From the NCBI GenBank assembly GCA_973895155.1, contig OZ316895.1, positions 5,662,687-5,726,686 of the forward strand: a stretch of 64,000 nt of DNA. Reading direction: 5' to 3'. The stretch is from Marsupella aquatica (Eukaryota > Plantae > Marchantiophyta). Position 1 is the first letter of the stretch; each line of letters opens with the position of its first letter. A program made the position numbers and the translations under genes. Positions 25,769-35,919 of this stretch are shown in pieces. A model generated the notes under the pieces. The model searched no databases, had not been told where the DNA came from, and was given only the letters and a program-made list of their open reading frames with translations.

Positions 25769-26375
25769 GATCAATACTGTGTACAGTCACCCCGTGCTTG
25801 TTCCTCTTGTAACCATATATATGGAACTGCCAAAAAAGGTGCCCAGCCAGGAGACACATCTCAAAGGCCATAGACCCAATAAAATGGAGAAGACAAGGGA
25901 TATGAAATTCTCTTAAACCACCACTATCCACCAGGTTGGAGGAGTACAAACAAGAGCACTTTTTTACTGTTTTGAGCCCATTATGGGTTTATTTGAGTAA
26001 CCTGGATCCACCAGGTTTTGCTTCAGGGACAGTGGCGCTTTAAGAGCCAGGTCACTTGAGCATCTAGGGTTTAGATTGATATAGTTGTAAGATTCAAACT
26101 GAATTAGTGACTATAAAGGAAAAAGTAGTTGTAAAGCATATTCATAAACATTGCAAATCTTGCACTTATGTTAGTTCTGACAGGGGCAGGTACCCTCATT
26201 TGTTATTTGTTCATGTGAGATTTTGCTTCACCTCGACATTCACAATGTTTCCAAATACAATCAGAATCAAATTGGTTTCCAACAAGCTAAAATGGGTCTT
26301 TGAGACGCTGAGCAGCTGCAGAAATATCCAACTCGAAAGATGATCATCCACACTTATGGGCTAGAATTTGGTCTA

Positions 26376-26485
26376 TATTAGAGTCTGAATGAGAATGAAT
26401 ATCTGAATAGCCATGAGTGGTGGTACATATAGTCATGTCTGGTGACCGGCTGGTCCGGTCATCCGGCTAGAGGTAGAGTCTAACA
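26376..26485 (-). repeat. 3' LTR of the copia element (110 bp)
   Basis: 109/110 identical to 28719-28828; preceded on the minus strand by the polypurine tract AAAGGGGAG (26494-26486). Confidence 0.96.
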
Positions 26486-26797
26486 CTCCCCTTTGGATAT
26501 ATAGTAACAACTATATAGACAACATAGACTATACCTATTATATCATGTTCATAGAAAATACATGATATAAGTACAAGCGAGGTAGACTGCCTCGTTAAAA
26601 AACCTTTATCAACTTTAGCTTAGTAAAAACTCTACCAGTGTAGCAGAGAAAAAATATGAGTGCTAAAGGAAAAAGAGTGCAGCCTAACAGTCCTCGTCGT
26701 AATAAATGTCAATATTAAATAAAGTCAGATGCTATAGTAAATCTAGTTTTAATATTTGTCTCAACAGTAGGTCGTCAGCATCATGTGATCAACAGCA

Positions 26798-28603
26798 TCA
26801 ATCGTCATGTGGAGTAGCAGCTTCCACGGTCATCATGCGTCGCATGCTCCGCAGTCCAATCGCCTGGCAGTGTCGGTGATGAACTGATGGTGGTAGTGAT
26901 TTGGTGAAGAGATCTGCACAGTTGTCTGTACTTGAAATCTGCAAAATGTTGATCTCTTTTCCATGTAACTCGTGGGTGTAGAAAAACTTTGAAGCTATAT
27001 GCTTCACGCGATCGCCTTTGATGAATCCTTTTGTGATCTGCTGTATACATGCTGCGTTATCCTCAAAAATGTTAGTAGGCTTCGTTAGTGGTGGTAGGCC
27101 GCATTTGGTGTTGATATGGTTTATAAAGGATCGTAACCAAACGGCTTCACGACTAGCCTCATGTAGAGCTAAGATTTCTGAGTGGTTCGATGAGGTTGCT
27201 GTTAGGGTTTGTTTCACGCTTTTCCAAGAAAAAGCGGTACCCCCTATAGTAAAAACGTATCCGGTTTGGGATTTTGCGGTGTTAGTGTCGGAAAGATATC
27301 CGGCATCCGCGTATCCTATGAGTTCGTGGTTTGCATCGAATGGGTAAAATAGCCCGGTATCGGTGGTGCCACGCAAATACCTAAATACGTGCTTAACTCC
27401 GTTCCAGTGTCTGGCTGTGGGAGTTGCACTGTGTCTGGCTAGTAAGTTAACTTCAAATGCAATGTCTGGCCTAGTTTGATTTGCTAGGTACATTAATGCT
27501 CCTACCGTCGAAAGATACGGAGTTTCTGGTCCTAATAGTGGTTCGTGTTCTTCGCGTTTGCGAAAAACATCAGTATTGTTTTCTAATGAACGTACTACCA
27601 TTGGTGACGTCAATGGGTGTGCTAGGTTCATATTGAACTGTTTTAGGATCTTTTCAGTTTGTGTGGTTTGATGGAGCATCATGCCAGTAGGTAAGATCTC
27701 CAGTTGTAATCCTAAGCAAAAGTTTGTATGTCCAAGGTCTTTCATCTCAAATGTTGATTTAAGACTAGTGATAGTATCTTCTATAATTTGGGGTGTCCCA
27801 AATATATTTAAGTCATCAACATAAATAGAAACGATGACATATTCGTCATCCATATGTTTAATAAATAAACATGGGGTAATTGTATCATGGGTAAAACCCA
27901 TGGCAATCATTTCATCAGTAAATCTTTGATACCATACTCTGCCACTTTGTTTCAGGCCATATAATGCCTTCAACACGCGGATAGCTAGTCCGCGGCGAGT
28001 ATTCCGTACGGTTGACACAGCGGTGTCGTTATTATGAGTTACATGTGTAGATGACACATGAGGTGTAACTTGAGATAATTGTGTTATAATCTTATGTAAA
28101 TATGGAATATGCGATTTGGCGCCTTGAGCCAAAGCTCGGCAACGTTGCTCCAACTCGGGAGGTGATCGCATGTATAGACAAGTGTCTAAAGTTCCATATA
28201 GATATGCGGTTGCAACATCCAGTTGTCGCATCTGTAATTGATGGAAAATGGCAAATCCGATAAGGTATCGGAATGTTATGCTATCCATAACCGGTGAATA
28301 GGTTTCATCATAATGAATTCCCGGTTGTTGTGTAAATTCTTTCCCTACCAGACGTGCTTTGTAGCGTACAACTTGGCCTTTATCATTTCTTTTTCGGACA
28401 AATGTCCACTTGTAGCCAATTAGGTGTACGTCTTGCGGTGTTGGCTCGACTGGGCCAAAAGTGTGTCTGCTGAGTAGGGAATCTAATTCTCCATTTATAG
28501 CTTTTTGCCATTCGGGCCAATCTGGTCTGTTTTGGCATTCTAAGATAGATATTGGTTCGGGTGTATCATCAGTGATATGTGTTGCCGCCTTATTAATTTT
28601 CAT
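26798..28603 (-). CDS. Copia reverse transcriptase-RNase H ORF (601 aa; no gag, protease or integrase)
   Basis: Motifs WQKAINGELDSL, IGYKWTFVRKR, RYKARLV, ETYSPV, QLDVATAYLYG, LYGLKQSGRVW and the catalytic YVDD; RNase H motifs GYADA, SSNHSE, FEDN and ADLFTK. True ATG at 28603. Confidence 0.93.
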   Translation of the reverse strand: MKINKAATHITDDTPEPISILECQNRPDWPEWQKAINGELDSLLSRHTFGPVEPTPQDVHLIGYKWTFVRKRNDKGQVVRYKARLVGKEFTQQPGIHYDETYSPVMDSITFRYLIGFAIFHQLQMRQLDVATAYLYGTLDTCLYMRSPPELEQRCRALAQGAKSHIPYLHKIITQLSQVTPHVSSTHVTHNNDTAVSTVRNTRRGLAIRVLKALYGLKQSGRVWYQRFTDEMIAMGFTHDTITPCLFIKHMDDEYVIVSIYVDDLNIFGTPQIIEDTITSLKSTFEMKDLGHTNFCLGLQLEILPTGMMLHQTTQTEKILKQFNMNLAHPLTSPMVVRSLENNTDVFRKREEHEPLLGPETPYLSTVGALMYLANQTRPDIAFEVNLLARHSATPTARHWNGVKHVFRYLRGTTDTGLFYPFDANHELIGYADAGYLSDTNTAKSQTGYVFTIGGTAFSWKSVKQTLTATSSNHSEILALHEASREAVWLRSFINHINTKCGLPPLTKPTNIFEDNAACIQQITKGFIKGDRVKHIASKFFYTHELHGKEINILQISSTDNCADLFTKSLPPSVHHRHCQAIGLRSMRRMMTVEAATPHDD

Positions 28604-28704
28604 ATGCTTCTGGCTGGGTCTCTCTAATTTCTTCTTACTCGATCCTTACTCAATTCGCCATAGGTTTTCTTCTCGATTCTCCTTTTGCTCCGCTCGGTGA
28701 GCCC

Positions 28705-28718
28705 TCGTGCTGATAACG
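28705..28718 (-). promoter_or_regulatory. Primer-binding site complementary to the 5' half of tRNA-Ile (anticodon arm)
   Basis: CGTTATCAGCACGA lies immediately 3' of the 5' LTR. Its complement TCGTGCTGATAACG matches the plant cytosolic tRNA-Ile(AAU) anticodon arm TCGTGCTAATAACG (recalled sequence) apart from G at the wobble base. Confidence 0.75.
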
Positions 28719-28828
28719 TATTAGAGTCTGAATGAGAATGAATATCTGAATAGCCATGAGTGGTGGTACATATAGTCATGTCTGGTGACCGGCTGGTTCG
28801 GTCATCCGGCTAGAGGTAGAGTCTAACA
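28719..28828 (-). repeat. 5' LTR of the copia element (110 bp)
   Basis: Direct repeat of 26376-26485, followed on the + strand by the TSD GTCTA. Confidence 0.96.
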
Positions 28829-29914
28829 GTCTACCCAATTTTTTTAGTCATTAGTGTAAAATGTGCTATCTAATATTTTTAAGCATTTAGCACCATCCAT
28901 CAGGGTTGCATAATTCTAGCCAAGCATAGTAATAAACCTTGAGGTCCATCTCACATATTTTCTTCTCCATGTGACAAAGATCTTTCTGACTTGGAGTCCA
29001 ATGCTTTGTTGTGTTGCCAACTTTGTTACTGAACCAGGTAGGATGTTAGAAGGGGCGACGACCTTAAGTTTCCAATGGGCCACGATCTCAAGTTATTCTC
29101 ACACGGGGGAATGAGGTGCTTAAGAAGTGCCATGTTTCATGGAAGTCAGTATTTTGTGTTTTCTTTTCCCTTTGCTACCCAATTTCCCCCTTCCCTCCCC
29201 ATTCTCTTGTGCTGCCTAGTAGCACACTTCCTGTCCCAAAGCAACCTTGGTTCTCCATTGTTTAGTCCCTCCCTCCTTGGTTTTAACTCACTAATTTTTT
29301 TTTCTCACCCTGCTTCAAAGAAATGACAGTAAAGAAATGGAAAACATGAGAAATAAGCAAACCCAGAACAAACCCAGAATTAAGGTACCAAAAAAGTTGT
29401 TTGTATGGTTGATATAATCGTGTATGTACTAGCCTGACGGCCCAAGCTTTGCTCAGACCCACTCTTACTTTCCCCACCTGTTCCCTCACCTAAACCCAGG
29501 AGTCATGGTCTAGAGCCCTCACTCTAGACAATGGCTCCCTAGGGTAGCTTTCTATCACAAATTGCTCATTAGATATCCGTTGGTAAAAACGCTTTGAAAA
29601 AGTATATCGTCCTTGTTTAGGTAGCTTGTCTAAAATACCATTCCTGGTAATCACTTTTGTGTAGTTGCGATCACATACACGGTCCTTGTTTCCGGAACTT
29701 TGATTTACATAGCATTTTGGGTAATTGCCTGTTTCTTCACCTTTTCCTTGTGTCCTGTGCGTAATTCTCGTGTTGAAGACAGCAATTGGTCCGTTTCATG
29801 TGGGTAGAGATTTGATCAGGGACCAAGGGAAGAAATGATGTCCAGAAGGAACCAGATGGTTTTTGTGGGTCGGAGGTAGAGATTCCAACTAGACGAGGGC
29901 TACAAGGGAGAGAG

Positions 29915-32843
29915 ATGGCAATGACTCAGGGAGCTGCGACTCTGGGTGCTGCTGCTCTTGCAGCTGCTGCAGCAGCAACAATATGGTGGTGTGGGTCTGA
30001 AAACTGGCAGATCCTCACTTCAAAGCAGCAAAAAGGAGCCCCTTCCAGCAGTGGAGTTTCCTCATGGCGGTGCGCGTTTGGACGGTGGAGCTGCACGACA
30101 TGCCAAGGATCTGCAACAGCAGGCCAAGGATGTGTCAAATCAGGGCTTGTGGGATTGATTGGCAACACTCCACTTATACGAATTCAGAGCCTTTCCGATG
30201 CTACGGGCTGCGAGGTTTGCTCTGGACGTGCCTTGATTGGGCACAATTAGTTGTGTCAGTAGATAGATTCCTGACGATTGGCCTCATTGTAGACTGGAGT
30301 TGGGCCAAGAATTGTCTTAGCATCTATGGGGTCCTGCTGTACTATCTTTGGTTCTCAGGAATGCAGTTGGAGGTTCTCCGTTGTGAGGCTATTCTACTTC
30401 CTTTGGTCCAGTGAAATTACTTAGATTAGGGCTAATTTAGTTGAGCAAATGTAGCTACTCTGTTGTTTGTCATATTCAAGATCGTGTACGTTTTCAAGAT
30501 TCCACCCTTGCATTTTTTCTTAGGGAATGTCCTAACTCTACCTTTGGTCCAGAGGAACGTAACCTGGACAGCAGGTCTGATGAATTATAATTGGCTTGGG
30601 CGAGATTCTTGTCAAACCACTGTATTTGAGAATAAGTCGAATTTCTGAGATTTGGTCTGCAAGCTTATTTGATGAGTGTTGCGCACCTGTGGTGGGAGTT
30701 CAAGCCATTTTGAAAATTTCTGTCTCGGAGATTACTTACTTCTGTTTGGCTACAGATACTCGGGAAGGCAGAGTTCTTGAATCCTGGAGGTAGTGTCAAA
30801 GATCGGGTGGCAGTGAAAATCATTGAGGAGGTCTGTCACTCAGAGTAACACATCTTCAAGGTGCAATCTTCTTCTGTATGTTGTTCAAACGTGAGGAGAT
30901 TGGTTTTTGTTGGCCAGAATGTGTCTCTTGAAAGAGGGCCCGTTCTTCTCATTAGCGCTTGTGGGAAATAAAAGACGTTAGAGATTATTTATCATCTGCT
31001 GATCCCGAGATAACTTCTACTATACTTGGGGTCTTTGAATTGTGTCTACTGCAGAAACCGAAGTTTCAGTTGTAAGATTTTTTGAATGATTCGACCAGTG
31101 CAGTAGTTTTGAGACAATTGGATTTATGTTTGCCTGATCACCCTCTTTCACCAGGCGTTGGAGTCTGGGGCGCTTCGTGTCGGCGGACTTGTAACTGAGG
31201 GTAGTGCTGGTAGCACAGGCATTAGCTTGGCCATGGTTGCTTCAGCATTTGGATGTAGATGTCATGTGGTGATCCCAGATGATGCTGCCACAGAAAAGGT
31301 AAACGTTCCTGCACTCTTTTGGCACAGTTGTTTGTTTTGTTTCTTATGGGAGTCATTTTTGTTTTGTTTATTCGTTTAACCTGATTATTATCTTTCTTGC
31401 TGTGTCGCATCTCTTAATCTGGTAACGTTTCTACATTATCGTCGCTTTGGTTGCACTCCTTCAGGGTCAATTATTAGAGGCCCTTGGTGCTACTGTTGAG
31501 CGTGTAAGGCCAGTTTCAATCACACACAAGGAACACTTTGTGAACATTGCAAGGCGGAGGGCAATGGAAGCGAACATGTCCACGAACCACACCGCAAGGC
31601 AAATTTCAGAACTGGCAGCGATTAATAAAGCTGAAGTGGCAGGTTGTAGCGGGAGTGTAGATCGCCGTGAGAATGGAATCAAGGGAGGTGAAGTACACAG
31701 AACTGAAGGATTAGAGAAGGATTCCAATCTTATAAACCAGGAAAGTAATGGGGGAGGATTTTTCGCCAACCAATTTGAGAACCTAGCAAATTTTAGGGCT
31801 CATTACGAAGGCACGGGACCTGAAATATGGGCACAGACTGGTGGGGCTTTGCATGCGTTTGTGGCAGCTGCGGGCACCGGGGGAACAGTTGCAGGGGTAT
31901 CCTGCTTTCTCAAGGTGAGATTTGATTCATTATTTGTTCAGATGCCTAGAGCAAGGCTACTTGAAGGGTGCCTGCTTCGTAGTGGTCCTGTAATGGATCT
32001 AAATAATGTCCAATCGTTATTGCTTTTTCCAAACGCCAATGTTGACTGTTTCAAAGCCTTGGAAATCATAGTACGGTAATTGACGAGATTCAGAATGTTT
32101 CTTTGACGTTGACAGTCTCAAGGACCCACAATGGAACTGATGGGAAACTAATCTTCCTCCAGGAACAGAGCTCAAATATTAAGTGCTACTTGATTGACCC
32201 ACCAGGGTCTGGTCTATTTAACCGGGTAACACGGGGTGTCATGTATACTCGCGAGGAAGCAGAGGGCAAGAGACTTACAAATCCTTTTGACACTATCACT
32301 GAAGGCATTGGAATAAACCGTCTGACAGAAAATTTCAAACTTGCACAATTAGATGGTGCTTTTCGAGGCACAGATAGAGAGGCTGTGGAAATGTCAAGGT
32401 GCAACCCAATTCTTAAAAATCCCCCTCCATGGAGTACGCGTTTGTGTATTGTAGAGGTGTCACTGATTTGCTCAGTAATATTGGTATCGTTATTATCGAA
32501 TACTGAGATGAGTTTGTATAGAAGCAGGTGGAAGTCTGAGTGCTCGAGTATTAGTAAGTTCTGGTGGGATTACTTTTAAGCAAGTCTACTGTAGAACTAA
32601 CCCGTCTGCTGCCTGCTATGCAGGTTTTTGCTAAGAAATGACGGATTGTTTATTGGCAGTTCCTCTGCAATGAATTGTGTTGGGGCGGTTCGCCTTGCAC
32701 GCTTGCTTGGGCCTGGTCACACCATAGTAACAATACTGTGTGATAGTGGGACTCGCCACCTTAGCAAATTCCAGAATCTAGAATATTTAGCTGCGCATGG
32801 ATTGACCCCCTCTGCGAGTGAGCTGGAATTCATTGAAGGCTAA
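29915..32843 (+). CDS. Cysteine synthase-like fold-type II PLP enzyme (fungal Cys2/MCY1-like, At1g55880-like clade), 6 exons: 29915-30214, 30756-30830, 31155-31298, 31465-31914, 32163-32398, 32624-32843
   Basis: Motifs LIGNTPLIRI, KAEFLNPGGSVKDR (PLP lysine), EGSAGSTG, FANQFENLAN..HYEGTGPEIW, AGTGGT, EGIGINR, DGLFIGSSS and ILCDSGTRH. There is an N-terminal hydrophobic anchor-like segment. All junctions are GT-AG and in frame. Confidence 0.92.
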
Positions 32844-33866
32844 CGATGTCTCTGCTATGGCATAAGCCTCATTGAGAATGAATGGAGAAAGTAACTCCTA
32901 TTTTTCGACACCGAAGGATATGCGAGGTCGGGTGAGGGAAACTCTCCAGATCGTCGTAAGCTCAACAAGGGAGCTCGAGCTTGTTCTCCGTTTGAAAATT
33001 AACAGGTGCCATCGAAGTCATTTGGCTTTTATTGAAACAAGCGATTTTTGTGTGACCGGCTTCCAATCTAGACAAAATTTCATGCTCTAGGATGTGAGTG
33101 ATCTTGAGTCCAAGAAGAAATTGCTGCTTCATTGGCAATGCACTCCCGTTGGTTGTAGTACACTATTAAACATAAGACAGAGAGAATGGATGAGTACATC
33201 GACATCAAAGTTTAAAGATTCTGATTCCGAGCGCAGTAGACAGAACATACAAAAAGGCTAAGGTGCCAGGAGAATAAAAGAAAGGAAAAAGGAGAATAAA
33301 CAATTAAAGTAGCGAGGAGATACTCATGCTGAAGTAGACGTGCGAAGTAGTGAGGATTGCAAATGTCACAGAAAGTCACCATGATAAAATGGCTAACATG
33401 AAATTGAAGTTATCAGCTGATTTTTGAATGGCTTCATCATGTGTGCATTGGTATGTAGAAGATCACCAGTCAGGTTTGAGCATGAAGTAGCTTGTCCAAT
33501 AGTGCCAGACACTGAAGTCGAGCGCATCGAGAAAATGACGGCCATCCACCGTGCTGCTTTGCCAATTCACAAGTTGACCATCTTTGATCGGAATGGAGCG
33601 ATAGTTCATTACTGCTGCACTGACGACCGCCTACAGTATCTCCCCGCCTCAGCTCAGCCCTAACTCGAACCTATGCACGAGGTATGCCACACTCGCGCTG
33701 CACTACTGGTATAGGTTGAAACCCTTTCTAGCAAATGACGACCAATACAATTGGGTTGTTGTAAAATGATCAAAGCAGCCCTGCAAGTTTACAGAAACAC
33801 CAAAGCACCCCTCCAATTACTTGTGCAAGTGTGTCTCATACTCCGCGGTCGCTTGACCACTGTAGT

Positions 33867-34093
33867 TCTTGTTCTTTTCAGATGCTAAACACATCAGAGC
33901 CGAGAAAATGCTCTTCGAGAGTAGATGGCATTTGTAGAAGGGTTTTGCTTTCTCCCTATGTAAGACTTGGGCCGGGGTAGGTCTTGTTCTTTACAGATGC
34001 TAAACACATCAGAACCGAGAAAGTGCTCTTCGGGAGTAGATGGCATTTGTAGAAGGGTTTTGCATTCTCCCTAAGTAGGACTTGGGCCGGGGT
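33867..34093. repeat. 115-bp tandem duplication between two convergent genes
   Basis: TCTTGTTCTTT.CAGATGCTAAACACATCAG...GGGTTTTGC.TTCTCCCTA...GACTTGGGCCGGGGT starts at 33867 and again at 33982. Confidence 0.9.
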
Positions 34094-34554
34094 TTAGGGT
34101 TTAACAAAGGGAAGAATGTACGTCCCATACCTGAAGGGCCCGTTTTGAAAAGTATTTCAACGAGTAATCTGCGGTGTTCCACTAGTGACGTTCTCCTGGC
34201 GAACACGGATTGTGTGCCTCCAAAACTAGAATGTAAGCAAAAATCTCAACAATCTGTTTATTTAGGACAGTCCGCAGGAATTACTGTATTGAATGGTTGC
34301 CAACATCAGCCGTAAGGGCACTGAATTAAGCAAGAATTGGCACTGGACCAAGCTCTGCTCTGCACAAACAGCTATGGACTTCTCTCTCTTGATATAGCTA
34401 TTTCTCATGAGAATCTGATGAATCGCTAGGATGTTCGTAAACCAATCTCCCTGTCGCCAAGTAAAAACTCTTCCCAAATTACCTCGGAAGGTTACCTCTC
34501 TACGTTAACGGCAGGTGACGACTACTGCACGTAATCCTCAACAGACCGAAAACG

Positions 34555-35919
34555 TCACACATCTAAGTAAAGTCGGACTTGCTTCAGAGACGCAAATGGA
34601 ATGGTTGCTCTCCACTTTTTCTGCTTGCTGTTCAGTGGTCTTCCCCTGCCTTTAACTTCTCGGTTGAGTTTGACATTTGCGATTTTCCACACAGAAACAC
34701 CGCCGTCCATGTCCACTGAATCCAATTCAAAGACACCGTCTTGGTCTGTTCCTCCTTCTAGGTATTGGACGTACATCGGCAACTCTTTGAACCTTTGTAA
34801 CTCATTTGGCACCCTCACCACCCGCTCAGCTCCTGGGGATGAAACCTCTACATCAATGTCCTTGGGCAAGGTTCCTGCTTCGCCAGCTTCCTCTAACGCC
34901 ATGCTGAATTTTTTGGAGAAGTTCTCAATGTCGGTCATTGTTGGGGAGCCATATCTGTCCGAGAGCTTGTCCAAACGAACTCTGATCACTCGATCTGAAG
35001 ATACTTTGAACGCAAAGATGGACAAATCCTTCCCATACTCAGCAACCACTTGCTCAGCTAAATCTAGCGCCTTCGTTCCCCATTTTGTCCCTCCCAAAAC
35101 TACTCCACCTCCAGTACCTCCATCGCCAAACACGGCGTCACCGTCATCGTCCTCCCAGAAGTCATCATCTTCATCTATTTCGTCTAGTTCCTCTTCATTC
35201 TCGTCAGAAATATCGATTTCCTCCACGTAATTCTCAATCTCATCCTCCGTAATCACAAGCTTTTCCTTGTCCAGATCTTCGTCCTTTAACTTCGTGAGTG
35301 TTCTCCTCTGTTCTCTTGAAGAATTATGCTCGCCCTCTTTATCACTCTCACTGTCACTCTCACTTACATCTGAACTGTAGAATGTTGTAATCGAATCGCT
35401 CTCAGAATCACTTCGCTTAAACTCGAATTTCTCCCCCTCTACGAGAACCTCCTGCCCTCCTGTTTTACCAGGGACACGCACGACAGGTTTCCTAGCATAG
35501 TCACCTTGAGTATGTAGAGATAGCCACTGAAGTGCCGTATGACGATGAACCGGCTTTGGAATACCAAATGATGACTTCTGCACAGAGCTGCCTGATTTTC
35601 CTGAAGCCGCAATTGTCCAATTCAAGCGGCTAGGAGTCACCTCGGTCTTGTAAGAGCACAAAGGAGTGCTTGCGAAACAAGTGTCCGTCATGTTTGTATT
35701 TCCTGTACTTCCTGCAAGTGCTACACACTTCGACGTCACAGTTTCCAGCAGAGGAAAATCACTTGCTCCACCATTTTCAGCTCGGGGCTTTTCAAGTGCT
35801 TGCCAGTGAGGGAAGCGACGAAGGCCAACTGTCTTGACACCAAAAGTTCTGTACGACTGAAGAGCGGCGAGAGATTGCAGAGAGAGCCGCAGGGGCAGCA
35901 GCGAGAGAGATCCTTGCAT
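34555..35919 (-). CDS. rimP: Plastid-targeted ribosome maturation factor RimP-like protein (UPF0090/DUF150 family), single exon, 454 aa
   Basis: The C-terminal half has GDGGTGGGVVL, IFAFKV, IRVRLDKLSDRYGSPTMTDIE, EVSSPGAERVVRVPNELQRFKELPMYVQY and WKIANVKLNR..GRGRPLNSKQ. The N-terminus is transit-peptide-like and followed by an acidic linker. Confidence 0.85.
   Translation of the reverse strand: MQGSLSLLPLRLSLQSLAALQSYRTFGVKTVGLRRFPHWQALEKPRAENGGASDFPLLETVTSKCVALAGSTGNTNMTDTCFASTPLCSYKTEVTPSRLNWTIAASGKSGSSVQKSSFGIPKPVHRHTALQWLSLHTQGDYARKPVVRVPGKTGGQEVLVEGEKFEFKRSDSESDSITTFYSSDVSESDSESDKEGEHNSSREQRRTLTKLKDEDLDKEKLVITEDEIENYVEEIDISDENEEELDEIDEDDDFWEDDDGDAVFGDGGTGGGVVLGGTKWGTKALDLAEQVVAEYGKDLSIFAFKVSSDRVIRVRLDKLSDRYGSPTMTDIENFSKKFSMALEEAGEAGTLPKDIDVEVSSPGAERVVRVPNELQRFKELPMYVQYLEGGTDQDGVFELDSVDMDGGVSVWKIANVKLNREVKGRGRPLNSKQKKWRATIPFASLKQVRLYLDV

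Larger units (their letters stand above)
26371..28833 (-). mobile_element. Internally deleted Ty1/copia LTR retrotransposon (Bianca-like), body 26376-28828, TSD GTCTA
   Basis: Two 110-bp LTRs with 1 mismatch, TG...TA termini on the minus strand, and a 5-bp TSD GTCTA at 26371-26375 and 28829-28833. PBS and PPT are in the expected places and enclose an RT-RNase H ORF. Confidence 0.96.
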
